A DNA stretch of 64,000 nucleotides, taken from the human T2T-CHM13v2.0 reference genome, Homo sapiens. The DNA lies in assembly GCA_009914755.4 (NCBI GenBank), contig CP068257.2:38752001-38816000 (forward strand), read 5' to 3'. Below, piece by piece: positions 43,749-57,830 of the stretch (positions are counted from its first letter, which is position 1; every line of letters begins with the position of its first letter). The notes beneath the pieces are model-generated. The model had not been told where the DNA came from and did no database searches. It worked only from the letters and a program-made list of their open reading frames with translations. A program made the position numbers and the translations under genes.

Positions 43749-46559
43749 TCATAGGTAGAATCTAAAAACTTGAACTCATAAAAGCAGAGAGTAGAATGGT
43801 GGTTACCTGGGGCTGACAGGTGGAGGGATTGGAGAGATACGAGCTAAAGAATATAAACTTTCAGTTAAACAGGTGGAATAAATTCAAGAAATATATTGTA
43901 CAACATAGCAACTATAGTTAATAGCAATGTATTGTATACCTGAAAATCATTATAAGCATAGGTTTTAAATGTTCACACCACAAAAAATGAGTCTGCAGTA
44001 ATATATATTTTAATTAGCTTTATCTAATTTAGCTCAGTTAGAATAAATTGTGTACATTTCCACATTGTATATATATTTCAGAACAGCATGTTGTGCAACA
44101 TAAGTATATACAATTTTTATGTGTCCACTAAAACTAAATTTTAAAAAGAGAAGGTCTCCAATAAATCAGTCCTCTCCATGTCAACAACCCATTTGTGAGA
44201 CAACTTTGCCTTAACTCCCAGATTCAAGGGTAGGGACTCTTCCTGCCCCTTAAATCTGGGATGGCTTTGTGACTTGCTTTGACCAATAGAAAGCAATGCA
44301 GGTAATGTCCTGGGAGATTCAAGGTGACCCTTTGGAGGTCTTTCAAGCTTCTAATTTTGCTCAGGTGGAACCCAGCAGACATAAGAAGGAATCCAAACTT
44401 CCTAATATAAAGAGGGAGGTCACATGGAGGGGAGACCCTGGAGGATGAGACACTCCATATAAAGACAAGGGTCATGTGGAAGAGTAGCGAGGCTCCAGAG
44501 GTCTGCAAGCCCACTCATTTGGGCTGTCTCAGCTGAGGTTCTAGACAGGTGGGAGGCCACTTTTGATTCTTCAGACCCAGTCCAGGTGACAGCATGTGAA
44601 GCAGGGACAAGCTGCCCTCCAGAACCCTGCTCTGCTTCCTGTCCCAAAAACTTATTAATATAAGCTGTACAATGATGTTTATCTTGAGTAATAACTTTCT
44701 GGGTGATTTGTTATGCATCTCTTAATAACTGGTTATAACCCTTCTGGGTGTGAACCAGATCCAGAGGAATATCTTGATGGTTCCTTATCTTTCAAGGAGC
44801 CCATCAAAGGAACTTAGCTCTTTATAAGGCTCGCTGGCTACCTGGTGGGTTTACACAGCACTACAGAACTGTGTTCACTGTGTTTTAACAACAGAAGATA
44901 TTACCCATCTTTGCCTGAAAATAGGTTTGTGTTGCTACAAGGAGGCACAGAATTATCTAAGCCCTGGGTCATCTCGGTGCCCAACATGAAAACAAAGAAT
45001 ATATTAAATAAAGAATGAAGTACACTAAGCCTAAATAATTCAGGGTTAGCATTGACAATTTTCATTGATGACGTGGATGATGAGAAAGAAAGAATGGTTA
45101 CTAAGTTGGAAGGTCTGTGATAGGGTGGGGGGACAGGACACTGAAAAGCTGGAATTTAAGGTAACTTATTAAAATAGATTATCATTAGAATGGGAAACCA
45201 TACATTCTGGAAATGTTGAGCTTTAAGGGCTTGAAAGGCTATTGACAAACAATGTGAAGGGACATGCTGGTTATGAGACATTTGCTGGAAATTGCCCTAC
45301 GAGATCATCTGGGCATCACATTCAGTTTGGGGAACACATTTAGTGAGGAGCATTGACAACCTGAAAATTGAATATCTTTTATTTCTGACACAGCAACAGA
45401 CATTCATCAGTCGTAAGTTGGCATTGGTTCTTGTAGGTTTCTTCTATCCTAAGATTTAGTTACATCATTTATGGATATTCAGTAGGCTTTGTTTTTGTCT
45501 GTTGATGTGCCCTCCATTTTCCTTCCCCGAGCCCACTCATTCCTACAGGAGGGATGATGCAGTACCCCTGTCTGACACACAGCTGGAGTGACGTGTTCAC
45601 TCACATGTGCAGTGCAGTCACTGTGTGCCCCATGATGCCAGTCATAATTTTAAATGACATAACTAGAGTTCGTAGGCTAGTGTGATTCCGATAAATGAGA
45701 CATTTATTCTCTAATAGGTAGCAATCTCCAAATAGTCCATTTTTAGTATGTTATGAATGGAACTAGAATATTATCATCTGACCTATCCAGGTGTTTAGGT
45801 AATGTGTGGTTATCTTTTTCTCTGAGAAATCACTAAATATTTATTTGGATAACAATTATAGTTCAATATTAATGCTTACAAAGAAAGAAAACCATTAAGC
45901 CTAAAGAATAATTTAAATACCTAAGGGTGTATTTTCAAAACTGCTCCCAAATACATAGTCATAAAAACTGTACAGTAAATACTGGCAATACCTTTAGCTT
46001 CTGAGTATTGAGAGCTATGGCATTAAAAAGTTCCATTAGAATGTAATTTGTATTTTTAAATGTTACATTACACTATAATCACTTCCACATTCAGCCTTGA
46101 TTAAGAAAGTCCCTATTTTCCCTTTTATCTTATGCAACTTGAGTCATGGTCAAAATATATGAAATAGTGATTTATAAATTTGGAAAACATGCAGGGAAGC
46201 CTGAAATAAGGAAAGCGAACAAAGTGAAATCTCTGCTTTTCCAGAGATGACCCAACCAGCCTGATGGTCTCTTCTCTGAGTTGAGAGCACAGTTTCAACG
46301 CTGAAGAGGCCACAGAGCTAGAATGTAGGAAAAAGTACTAGAGGAATCCTAGTGAGAGGTGGACAGATCCTGAGTTTTACAGAGGGCCCACCCCTGTCTT
46401 TTATTGAGTTATTCTGATAATGCATGTGGGAAGATTAGCCAAGGCTACGGCAAGAACAAGAATCACTGGAGCTCATACAGAGGTGGGAATAGTTTGTATC
46501 CCTGCAAGTCAGTGAAAGTATGTCTGAATATTTGAGAAATCAAGTAGAAACCACAGAAT

Positions 46560-48000
46560 TGTATTAATATTACCTTAGTAAGGGAGCCAATCAGTTCTAG
46601 ACTGGAACCATGCAAACAAGAACTGTGCAAACAAGGCTTAAAGCAAGGCTTGATGGAATCATATTGAGGCCAAGTAACTCAACTGCATCCCAGTAAACTG
46701 TCCAACAATATTGAAAGAAAACTAAAAAATCCAGCACCCAAAACATAAAATTCAAAATGGCTGACATCCACTAAACAATTACAAAACATGTCTAAAGCAG
46801 AAATATGTATATATTATATAAAGCAAAATTATATATATGGAGAAAAATAAATCCATTTTAACAGTCCAAAAAATAAAGAAATGAAACAGATGATAAAATT
46901 AACAGGCAAGGAAATTAAAACACGGATCATAAATATGTGCCATTTTCAAGAAGGCAGAAAAAGGATAGTATAAATGGAAATAGAATATAAAAATTAAACC
47001 CAAGTAAGACTTTAGAAGATAAGAAATTTAATATCTGAAATGAAAAATTATCATTGGTTGGGATTAATAGGAAGTTGGGCAATGCAGAAGAAATCATCTG
47101 TGAACTCATAAACAACAATAGAAACTACACAAAATGAAATACGGATAGAAAAAGAACCAGATAAAAATGAACAAAGCATCAATGACTTGAAGTGTAATAT
47201 CAAGCAGTATAGAATATGTGCAATTAGAGACTTAGGGGAGGCAGAGTTAGGACTCCTATCAGAGGAAAGAAGAGATAGAACAGAAAAAATATTTGAAGGG
47301 AGTATTGAAATAAATAGTTCCAAAGTTGATGAAACTATAAAGCCACAGATGCAATAAGTACCGTTAATATTAAGCCAAGGACATATGAAGAAAACAACAC
47401 CGAGATGCATCATTATCAAACTGCTGAAAGCCAGTCATGAAGAAAAAAATATCTAAAGGGGCCAGGGTTAAATTACGAACAAATGAAGACAAGAAAGACA
47501 AGATTTTGCCATGCAAACCAGAGACAATGGGGTGACACTTGTAAAGTTTTCAAAGAAAAACTGTTGATATAGAATTCTCTATACAGTACAAAAAAAAAAA
47601 ATTCAAAAAAGTAAGTAAAGTTGAGTCTTGCTAAAACTAACCAAAGTAGAAAGAAGTCATTGCCCACAGACCTGCACTAAACTGCTCACAGGAGCCTTTC
47701 TGGCAGAAAGAAAAGAACATCAGAAAAAATTCAACCGATGTAAACAAGTGAGGAGCATGAGAGTCAGAAAATATGTGGTTAAATGTAACACCTTTTATTA
47801 TCAGTTTTAAAATATCTTTAAAAGATAATTAACCATTTAAAAGATAATTAACCATATTTTGTGAAGTTTACATCATATGTAGAAATAAAATACACACAAA
47901 AATAGTAGCAAGTCTAGCAGGGGAGTATTGGAAATACACTGTAATAAGATTCAACAATATATGTGACCAGACTCAATATTACTTGAAGATAGACAGTAAT

Positions 48001-48055
<55 letters not shown>

Positions 48056-48690
48056 AATTGTAGGGGAAAACAAACAAGCAAACAATAACAACAAAAGAGG
48101 GGCAGAATAAGCCACGAATGGAGACAAAATAATGTTTTATACAATTAATACAATGAAATATGGACTTAATCCAAAAGAAGGCAAGAAAGGGGGAAAGATA
48201 GAACAAAGGATAGATAGGATAAGCAGAAAACAAATAGCAAGACTGAAACCCAACATTGTCAATAATCACACTGAATTTTGATACTGCAAGTATTTCAACT
48301 AAAAAGCAAATATTATCAGATTGTATAAAATGCAAGACCTAATCATATGCTGTGTAAAAGAAACATACTTTAAGTTAAGTCATAGAAAGGTTAAAGCAAA
48401 AAGATATAAAAAATAAGGCAAACAAAAAATCTCACATAAACACTACTCAACATAAGTTATAATAGCTAAAACCATTGATGTGAAATAGATATCAAAGTGA
48501 TAAACAGAAAGACTGAAGAAGTGAAAATGAGAGAAGACACACATTACCAATATAAGTAATGAAATACGAGATGCCACTGAAGATCTTCCAGATATTAGAA
48601 TAATAAGAGAATAATATGGGCAATTCTACACATACAAATTAAACACCTTAGACTAGTTTCTCATAAAACCACAAACTACCAATACTCACT
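46560..48690 (+). mobile_element. Ancient LINE-1 (L1M-like) internal portion: ORF1 3' region, inter-ORF and ORF2 5' region, highly decayed
   Basis: Purine-rich L1-type text with recognisable L1M landmarks: ...AAACTGCTGAAAGCCAGTCATGAAGAAAAAAATATCTAAAGGGGCCAGG..., ...GACAATGGGGTGACACTTGTAAAGTTTTCAAAGAAAAACTGTTGATATAGAATTCTCTATACAGTAC..., ...CCTGCACTAAACTGCTCACAGGAGCC..., ...GAAACCCAACATTGTCAATAATCACACTGAATTTTGATACTGCAAGTATTTCAACTAAAAAGCAAATATTATCAGATTGTATAAAATGCAAGACCTAATCATATGCTGTGTAAAAGAAACATACTTTAAGTTAAGTCATAGAAAGGTTAAAGCAAAAAGATAT.... It contains an (AC)24 microsatellite at 48004-48052. Confidence 0.65.
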
Positions 48691-48691
48691 A

Positions 48692-49062
48692 ATATGGTTT
48701 GGCTCTGTGTCCCCACCCAAATCTCATCTTGTAGCTCCCATAATTCCCATGTGTTGTGGGAAGGACCTGGTGGGAGTTGTTTGGGTTATGGAGTTGGGTC
48801 TTTCGCTTTCCTGTTCTTGTGGTAGTGAATAAGTCTCACAAGATCTGATGGTTTGATAAGGGGAAACCCGTTTCATTTGGCATTCATTCTCTCTTTGCCT
48901 GCTGCCATCCATCTAAGATGTGACTTGCTCTTCCTTGCCTCTGCCATGATTTTGAGGCTCCCCCAGCCATGTGGAACTGTAGGTCCAGTTAAACCTCTTG
49001 CTTTTGTAAATTGCCCAGTCTTGGGTATGTCTTTATCAGCGGCATGAAAATGGACGAATACC
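48692..49062 (+). mobile_element. THE1/MST-type MaLR 5' LTR inserted into the L1M
   Basis: AATATGGTTTGGCTCTGTGTCCCCACCCAAATCTCATCTTGTAGCTCCCATAATTCCCATGTGTTGTGGGAAGGACCTGGTGGGAGTTGTTTGGGTTATGGAGTTGGGTCTTTCGCTTTCCTGTTCTTGTGGTAGTGAATAAGTCTCACAAGATCTGATGGTTTGATAAGGGGAAACC...TGCCTGCTGCCATCCATCTAAGATGTGACTTGCTCTTCCTTGCCTCTGCCATGATTTTGAGGCTCCCCCAGCCATGTGGAACTGTAGGTCCAGTTAAACCTCTTGCTTTTGTAAATTGCCCAGTCTTGGGTATGTCTTTATCAGCGGCATGAAAATGGACGAATAC is a near-complete match to the THE1 LTR consensus. Confidence 0.85.
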
Positions 49063-50440
49063 GTAAATTGGTACAGTCCAGTGGGGTGCTGATGAAAAGA
49101 TACCTGAAAATGTGGAAGTGACTTTGCAACTGGGTAACAAGAAGAGGCTGGGAACAGTTTGGAGGGCTCAGAAGAAGACAGGAAAATATGGGAAAGTTTG
49201 GAACTCCCTAGAGCCTAGTTGAATGGCTTTAACAAAAATGCTGATAATTATATGGACAATGAAACCCAGGCTGAGGTGGTCTCAGATGGAGATGAGGAAC
49301 TTGTTGGGAACTGGAGCAAAGGTGACTCTTGTTATGTTTTAACAAAGAGACTGATGGCATTTTGCCCCTGCCCTAGAGATCTGTGGAACTTTGAACTTGA
49401 CAGATATGATTTAGGGTATCTGGTGGAAGGAATTTCTAAGCAGCAAAGCATTCAAGATGTGACTAGGGTGCTGTTAAAGGCATTCAGTTTTAAAAGGGGA
49501 ACAGAGCATTAAGGTTGGGAAAATTTGTAACATCACCATGCGATGGAAAAGAAAATATATTCTGAGGAAAAATCCAGTTTGCTGCAGAAATTTGAATAAG
49601 TAACTAGGAGCCAAATGTTAATCCCCAAGACAATGGGGAAAATGTCTCCAGGGCATGTCAGAGACCTCTGTAGCCCCTCCCATCACAGACCTGAAGGAAA
49701 AAGTGGTTTCATGGGCCAAGCCCAAGGTCTCTGTGTGCAGCCTAGGGCCTTGGGGCCCTGCATCTCAGCTGCTCCAGCTGTGGCTGAAAGGGACCAACAT
49801 AGAGCTCAGGCTGTGGCTTCAGAGGGTACAAGCCTCAAGTCTTGGCAGCTTCCACATGGTGTTGACCCTGCGAGTGCACAGAAGTCAAGAATTGAGATTT
49901 GGGAACCTCCACCTAGATTTTAAAACATGTATGGAAATGCCTGGATGCCCAGGCAGAAGTTTGCTGCAGGGGCAGGGCCCTCATGGAGAACCTCTGCTAC
50001 GGCAGTGCAGAAGGGAAATGTGGGGTCAGAGTCCCCACACAGAGTACCTACTGGGGCACCACCTAGTAGAGCCAAAAGAAGGGGGCCACTGTCCTCCAGA
50101 CCCCAGAAAGGTAGATCCACTGACAACTTGCATCATGCATCTGGAAAAGCTGCAGACACTCAACACCAGCCCATGAATGGAGCCAGGAGGGAGGCTATAC
50201 CCTGCAAAGCCACAGAGGCAGAGCTGCCCAGACCATGGGAACCCACCTCTTGCATCAGCATGACCCAGATGCAAGACATGGAGTCAAAGGAGATCATTTT
50301 GGAGCTTTAAGATTTGACTGCCCTACTGGATTTGGGACTTACATGGGGCCTGTAGCCCCTTTGTTTTTGCCAATTTCTCCTATTTCTCTTGATTCAATGC
50401 AATCCCAATCATCATCCCAGCAGGATATTGACAAACTAAT
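49063..50440 (+). mobile_element. MaLR internal region (THE1/MST-int-like) downstream of the LTR; no 3' LTR seen before L1 resumes
   Basis: It is contiguous with the THE1-like LTR. The text (...CTGGAGCAAAGGTGACTCTTGTTATGTTTTAACAAAGAGACTGATGGCATTTTGCCCCTGCCCTAGAGATCTGTGGAACTTTGAACTTGACAGATATGATTTAGGGTATCTGGTGGAAGGAATTTCTAAGCAGCAAAGCATTCAAGATGTGAC...) agrees with my memory of THE1-int. ORFs 49655..50176 (173 aa), 49927..50310 and 49615..49923 overlap in different frames with no domain features. Confidence 0.5.
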
Positions 50441-51420
50441 TATAAAGTCTGCAAGGAAATTCCAAAGATACAGGATGACTGAAACAACTTTGAATAAGAA
50501 CAAAGTGAAAGGATTTAGACTACTTGGTTTTAAGACTCATTATAGAGTTACCTAATCAAGACAGTATATTATTCACACAAAGATAAACATAGGGACCTAA
50601 GGAGCTGATTAGATTCTGAAAACAGACCCACACAGATAGAGTTAATTGGTTTTCAACAAATGTGCACAGGTAATTCAATGGAGAAAGAAAAAATTCAAAA
50701 AGTAGTGCTGGAATATGTGAACATACATAGGGGAAAAAAAACTAAGAAATCTGTATGGCCAAAATGGACCTCAATTATTGCTTCAAACCATATACAGAAC
50801 TTAACTTGAAGTAGCTCATAGACCTAAATGTAAGAGCTGAAACTGTAATATTTCTGGAAGAAAACATTTAAGAAAACGGAAGTGACCTTAGGCTAAGCAA
50901 AGATGTTTTATATGGGACAAAAATAATTTGAGCTATAAAAGAAAAAATATTTATAAAACAAGTTACATCACAGCTGAAAACCATTGCTCTTCCAAAAATA
51001 CGTTTAAGAAAATAAAAAGTCCAACTGCAGATTAAGAGAAAATATTTACAAAACATATATATGATAAGGGACCGGTATCTAGCACATATAAGAGTTCTTA
51101 GAACTCGACTATAAGAAAACAAAAGTCTTCTTTGCCATTTACAATGTGCAAAATATTTGAACAGATACTTAGTGAAAGGAGATATATGAACAGTCAATTA
51201 GCATATTTTAAATGTTTAATATCATTTTCAGGGAAATGTAAAGTAAAACCACAATGAGATACCAACGCATACCTCCTAGAATAGCTAAAATTAAAACGTA
51301 CTGTGAAGAACTGAGACAACTAAACTTTTCAACTATTACTTGTGGGAATGCAAAATATTAATGAATAATTTACACTTTTTCCATGAGGTACATTTTGATA
51401 TTGCTTAGTCCCTATTTTTC
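50440..51420 (+). mobile_element. Continuation of the ancient L1M element (ORF2 3' region) after the MaLR insertion
   Basis: ...AGTAGTGCTGGAATATGTGAACATACATAGG...AAATCTGTATGGCCAAAATGGACCTCAATTATTGCTTCAAACCATATACAGAACTTAACTTGAAGTAGCTCATAGACCTAAATGTAAGAGCTGAAACTGTAATATTTCTGGAAGAAAACATTTAAG...GAAAATATTTACAAAACATATATATGATAAGGGACCGGTATCTAGCACATATAAGAGTTCTTAGAACTCGACTATAAGAAAACAAAAG...GGGAAATGTAAAGTAAAACCACAATGAGATACCAACGCATACCTCCTAGAATAGCTAAAATTAAAA...ACTATTACTTGTGGGAATGCAAAATA parallels L1 ORF2 (...GGTGCTGGAACAACTGGATATCCACATGC...CCTAAATGTAAGAGCTAAAACTATAAAACTCTTAGAAGAAAACATAGG...GGGAAATGCAAATCAAAACCACAATGAGATACCAC...). Confidence 0.6.
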
Positions 51421-54056
51421 TCTTTCTTTTTCTTTAATGTTGGCCTTACAATATTAAATGTATTTCAGATCCTAACAATGAGTGCAACCTGCAGTGTGAA
51501 ATACATTGATCCAGTTAGCTATATAGGTATGTCTCAAAAATCACAGATTATTATTATCAAAGTGCAGAGAATATCTCGAGTGAGTCATTACCTGCCGACA
51601 TGAACCTGCCTAAGGCAACAAAGTGTTCTGATAAAGCACAAGGTAAGTCATCAGGTCTAAAAGCTAAAAAGATAATTTATCAAGACATGGGACAAAGGAA
51701 GGAAGAGCTATTTATTCATCTCAGCTTTATTCAGCATATAGATATTCACAAGTAACCAAGAGACAATTTTCTTACCCTCAATAAAATATATCCAAAGTTA
51801 CATATAGCAGGATTTATAATATATGCCTACAACATTTTCCAGGATCAAAGCTACAGAAAGAAGGTGTGATTCCATGGAAACAAAGGAAGAAAAAGCCTGA
51901 GAAAAAAAGACCTGGAATTTGATTTGGACGTTTTTCACATGTTAGGTACTCAATAGAATGTATTTCTTGATATCAAATTAAAGATTATCATCAAACGAGC
52001 CTGATTTTTTCTAACAAAGCTCTGTATTTATATTTAAATGTAGGATACATGATTTTATATAGTTATAAAAAAAGAAAAGACAGATGGAATTTAACTGGCT
52101 CAATTTCTAGGACAAAATAGCAGTGCAACATGGCGGAATATAAAAGGGCACTGTCATCTACAGTCTCTTTAACAGAGCGTGCCAAAAGTTGGTGGCACCA
52201 CTGTTAGACTGTTCAAACAACAAACAGAGCTAATATACTGAGTTATAGATGTATTTCAAAGAGAAATGAATATGAGGTAGACAAACTAATGAATGACCCA
52301 GGTCTGGATGGTCACTGTGCAAGATGCTGAGGAGTGAGACCAAATGTTTTCAAGGAGCACAGTTGCTTAGGAGACATTGTGATAATACTGGAAGAGAAAT
52401 CTAGAATCCTGAAAGGACAAAAGAACTGGCCTAGGCCTGGACAGGGAAGTTGCCCTGGCCCTGGAGAAATCTGATCTGCAGAACTGCACAAATGCCTCTA
52501 TCCCTCTAAGGGAGATCTCACACCCTGGCAAGGTAATTGCTGTGAGGCACCATTTGCACAGGCTCCCCAGGGGGCCGGTGGGACCCTCTTCGAGGGTCTT
52601 CTCATCCTTATACACTGCTTCCCCTCTCTAAACTCTCCCAACCCCTGCCGCAATCCCTATACACACCTTCCCCCAACTCTCAGGACGGCACCATCATGTC
52701 ATGCATCGCTGTCATCATTATCCATTTTTATTAATGACACATAGGTTTTATAGCTCAGATTTTCTATTTTTAGGCAGAAAAAAAGGTTGGGAACTACAGG
52801 CACACAGGATTACTTCAAACTTCCAAAATAGGCAAAAGAGGTTATTTGCAATCTAGACTTCATCAGTTTTTCTGTGCAAATATATTTTTTTCAATAAAAT
52901 GACCTGCACACTTGGACATGATGTGAAAAGTCCTGCCTTGGCTGGACATGAGGGGATCCCCTTTTTCTGGATTGGACACATTTGATTTAACGCTCTGCTT
53001 CATACCTGTCCTTCAAGGCTCTGCTCCTGCCCACTCCTCTATTTCTTTGTGGCATTTTTCTGACAGCCCATCCTGCATTGGTTTCTCCCCTTTCTGAACT
53101 CCGTTACCCTTATTTGTACTGATCGCTTGACCCACTGTGCTCACACACAGATTATGTCTTCATCTGTCTGCGTGTTTTATCAATAAAGGAAGGAAAAGCC
53201 TCGTAATTATTTGTAGAAATACCCTTGGTTGCACTCTGTGCCTGGTAAGTTTTTGGTGCTTAATGGATGCTTGTTGAAGTTATCTAATAAAGAAAATGGA
53301 CATTCCTCTTGCCATCTCTTGTGTAAATGTTGTCATTTTGCCAAAATAAGCAGACAAAGAGTTTGGAGACAAGAATAGTCACTGTATTTCAAGACAAAGC
53401 AAGAGCAAAATGAAAAATGACAGGTTTGTAGTTTCAGCAATTTGGGGAAAAAAGTGAGCTATTTGCAAAAAAAAATTGTAGGGATTGATATAAACTTCAA
53501 TTGAGTTGATAGAATTATTAAACTAAAAGAAAATAAGGATCCTATAATAAAAACTTTAATAAAATTTCATGAATGATATGTCTAGGAGAGGTATTATACT
53601 ACTCTCTAGTGGTTGGATTATAGAGCAAGATGATTTCAGAATTAATTTAGGATTTTTTTAGAAAGATAAAAACAGAAATGTAAATAAAATTTAAAATCTC
53701 ATTCTTTCATGAACATTTCATGCCCCCCAAAAATGCTTTATAATTTCAAAATTCAAGAACATCTCATGTAACTAGCTATCATTACAGGTGAAAATCAAGG
53801 GACTCTGGAACGTGCAATGCTCCTTCAAATTTTGTCATCTGAAAAGGTGACATTGGTCTGATTTGGTTGAGGCATCTGACTATATCTGTAACTCTGACGT
53901 CCATATTTGCATTTCCAATATGACAACTCCCAACTGAATAGGAAATTTCCTAAAATTTTCCTTTAATAGCATTGTAAAGTTGTTAAGGTTGCGTGAACAT
54001 CTATTTTTATCTCATTTATTTTCATTTTTTATTGCCAATATATAATATTTCATACA

Positions 54057-54177
54057 GATTTAATTTTATTATTATTATACTTAAAGTTTTAGGGTACATG
54101 TGCACAATGTGCAGGTTTGTTACATATGTATACATGTGCCATGTTGGTGTGCTGCACCCATTAACTCGTCATTTACA
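54057..54177 (+). mobile_element. Short LINE-1 (L1PA-like) 3'-region fragment
   Basis: TTATTATTATACTTAAAGTTTTAGGGTACATGTGCACAATGTGCAGGTTTGTTACATATGTATACATGTGCCATGTTGGTGTGCTGCACCCATTAACTCGTCATTTAC is the characteristic L1PA 3' segment. Confidence 0.75.
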
Positions 54178-55795
54178 GATTTAATTCTTTTTGAGCAGAA
54201 ACCATTTTTCAAGACAATAAAGGTGAAGAAATAAGGTAATCTTTAAATAATCATTATAAAGATCTTGCAAATTGATGGTAAATTTCTGAGTACAATAGAA
54301 AATACATTAGAATCAATTTCAGAAACATGAACACAAGTTAATTGTTGTGTCTAATGTGTAATATTGCATTTGATATTTGATGAAGAAAAATAGATATACA
54401 GAGCCATGTATATGTCCATATTAGACAGTAAATAACTCATATTTTATCTTATTGCTATAGTATGGAATTTAGCTATAATAACCACCCAGATATTTCCGGT
54501 CTGGTTCTAGATATATAAAGCAATTTAATTCAGTTTAACTTAGCAAATTATAATCGTTGTGCTTAGTTAATATTAATCACAAGAAAAATTAAAAAATCCC
54601 TTTCACATAAGTACATCACTTGACATAATAGACATGAAGAAAGGATCACAATAACAAAATACAAAAAAAAAGTTGTTTATACAAATTATCTCATTTATTT
54701 CTAAGAAAAATGCCTGTCCACTATCATGATCCTCATGTATAAACGGGGAAGGTGAGGCTCCAAATTATGAAGCCCCTTGCCCTCAGTAACTTTAAGGCAG
54801 CCTCAAACCTAGACCTAGTGCGTGGATACACCTGCCCTTTCTTCTATGCAAAAGTTCCTCAACAAAAGGCAGATTGGAGAACTTCCTTGGAAGTAACCAT
54901 TGAAGTACGATAGGGGATTAGAGGGGTGTAAAGAACCTTCATGAACATGAAGCCAGAGTATCAGTTGTGTTCGGCAGGAGATTTCAATGCCATCCATTGA
55001 AAGCATTGAGATTCAGTGTTATCCATTGTGTTTGGCAGGAGATTTCAATGCTCAGATTCTGGAAAACTGTCTGGGTGGGAAGACAGGAAAGTAAGGCTGG
55101 CCAGAGGAAAGGATTCAGTGAACGTCCTCTAAACTTTGACATGGTATCTGAGCAAAAAATCTTCTAAGAGTTTAAGTTTTGACCAACCAATAAGTTTTAA
55201 TTGAAATTCAAGTTAAAGATGTGGATGCTGAAAAAAACTATGATATCTGTAAATCCAATTCATATAGTTCTGCAGCTGGGAACGGGAGAATTTTGTAATA
55301 TTCCAAGGAGGGTGTTTAGGTTATGTGAGGTGAAGATTATGGCCACAAGAACATGGGTTTTACTGGCAATCAAAGCAAGCCTTCTTTTGCTCAGGATTGC
55401 CGGTACTGAAGGGCAAAAGTAAGATTGTTTAGCAAACAGTAAAAATTAGTGTTTTAGAAAACATCTAATTAATTATCACAACATAAACCAAAAAGGAATT
55501 TTGTATGTGAAACTAGAACAATCTGCTAAAATGAGGGGATAGGCTAGGATGTGAATAAACTGGATAGATATGAAAAAACATGATAAATGAATTAAGGACT
55601 GAAAACAGTAGAATAATGCATAAAATTGAATTAGTGGGGTAAAATACAAATACAAACTATAAATGTTTCACAAAAATTTAGAGAAAAAAAACCCCTGATA
55701 GAACAATTTAAAAACCTATGAACTGGACATGAATATTCAACCTATTTTTTTCCAAAAATTCCAGGAATTCAGGACACAGAAAAGGAAATAATTAA

Positions 55796-56110
<315 letters not shown>

Positions 56111-57359
56111 CAGAAAATATTTTTTAAATGTATTCAAGAGTTCATAAAATCCTGTGTTTTCAGATAGAAAAATTCATGAAGTATCCGAAATATTATTTAA
56201 AAGAGAAATAATTCTGAAACATATATCAAAGAATTTTGAAATATAGGGGTAAAGAAAGTTTTCTAACTGTGCAGGCTGGTAAAACAGGTAATTTATACAT
56301 GAAAACACTGGGTTTCATCATCCAAGGTCAATGGAACAGAATATGCACCTCTCTGAGCAAACTTCTATACCCAGCCATCTTATCTTTCATATATGAGGGC
56401 AAAGAAAGAGATTCACCCAGATTCAAGGTCTCACCAGCTATACCACTCACATATAATTTCTGGGAAAAATTACTCAGATACATCTTCTAGCCTATCAAAA
56501 GAACTCAAGAATGTATTGCATAACTTAATCTCAGCTAAACATAAATTATGTCAAAAGATATGATATGGTCATGAAACCTAAAATCAATTCTATCATTGTC
56601 AGCATCATCATCACCATGTATAAAGTCTCACATTATTGTTATTGGAACAAGGAACTGACTAGAAAGAATAAAAAATTAAAATTATATAAAATTACCCACT
56701 TTATACCCAAGAAACCCATAGATACTTTTTTATTCTTGGCTTTTACACCTATAAAAAAGTTTGGATAAGTATATATAAAATTTAAGAGTAATCATTAGAA
56801 CAAATACTGAAGGAATGCTTTTGAGTCATTAGAGAAAAAGTGGTTATGAAAATGACATATTAAGGGACTGATAATATAATAAAACAAAAAAATTAGGCAC
56901 AAAGCAAAATACAGTAACAGGATACCAATTGTGATAGCTTTGTAGCTCAAGAAAACTCATATTTTCAAGAATATTGAATAATTTGATGAGATAATCACAA
57001 TGTAACACTGGTAAAATAAGCCCGGTGAGAAATTATATATAAACAATGCCAATTTTCATTTTTAAAGTAAGTCTATAGATATATGTGAAAGACTAAAAGG
57101 AAACAGTTTGACATGAATCTGCGCTTGAGTGTATGACTCAAGATCTATGACTTGGGTTCTGGATTTCGTTTATCTTTTCTTTATCCGTATCAAAAGCCTC
57201 TACATTTGCTAAAATCAGAATGCCTGGTATTTATAATTCAGAAAATCAGCTTTTGTTTTCAAAAGGTGGAAGCCACTGAAATCCTGAGGAAAACTGAGGG
57301 AATCAAGTCAAACTTTATGGAGCAAGCAGGAAGGTCAGGATTCAGGAGAGTTGGTTTGA

Positions 57360-57830
57360 ACCAAGTATCTATGGTGTTATGGGTTGAATTCTGTTTCCCC
57401 AAAATTTGTATGTTCATGTCCTACCACCAGTATCTCAGAATGTGAACTTATTTGAGAATACTGTCCTTGCAGATGAAATTAGCTGAATGAGGTCATTAGA
57501 GTGAGCACTAATCCAATATGCCTGGTATCTTTATACAAAGGGGGAATTTGGACACAAACGGACATACAAGAATGCCATGTGACCCTGAAGGCAGATATCA
57601 GATGATGTTTCTACAAGCCAACAAAATGCCAAAGATTACCAGCAAACGACCAGAAGCTACGATCAAGGAATGGAACAGATTCTCTCTCAGAGTCCTCAGA
57701 AGGAAGAACCCTGCTGATACCTTGATCTCAGACTTCCAGCCTCCAAAACTGGGAGATGATGCATTTCTTTCGCTGTAAGCCACTCACTGTGTGTGCTTTG
57801 TGATGGCAGACCCAGCATACTAAACTAATA
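57360..57830 (+). mobile_element. MaLR solitary LTR (MLT1-like), forward
   Basis: GGTGTTATGGGTTGAATTCTGTTTCCCCAAAATTTGTATGTTCATGTCCTACCACCAGTATCTCAGAATGTGAACTTATTTGAGAATACTGTCCTTGCAGATGAAATTAGCTGAATGAGGTCATTAGAGTGAGCACTAATCCAATATGCCTGGTATCTTTATACAAAGGGGGAATTTGGACACAAACGGACATACAAGAATGCCATGTGACCCTGAAGGCAGA...TGATACCTTGATCTCAGACTTCCAGCCTCCAAAACTGGGAGATGATGCATTTCTTTCGCTGTAAGCCACTCACTGTGTGTGCTTTGTGATGGCAGACCCAGCATACTAAACTAATA follows the MLT1 consensus end to end. ORF 57518..57778 is LTR-derived. Confidence 0.7.

Noticed and set aside
44160-44950. Non-Alu, non-L1 block with three overlapping minus-strand ORFs (67-96 aa) that looks like an old interspersed repeat (possible LTR or DNA-transposon remnant)
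   Set aside because: No diagnostic termini, TSDs or consensus motifs that I can name with confidence. It would need a RepeatMasker/Dfam search.
49655-50176. 173-aa ORF (longest in the window), with overlapping 127-aa, 102-aa and 82-aa ORFs
   Set aside because: It lies in the internal region of a THE1/MST-type MaLR element. There are multiple overlapping frames on both strands, Pro/Gly/Arg-rich GC-driven composition, and no recognisable domain. MaLR internal regions are non-coding.
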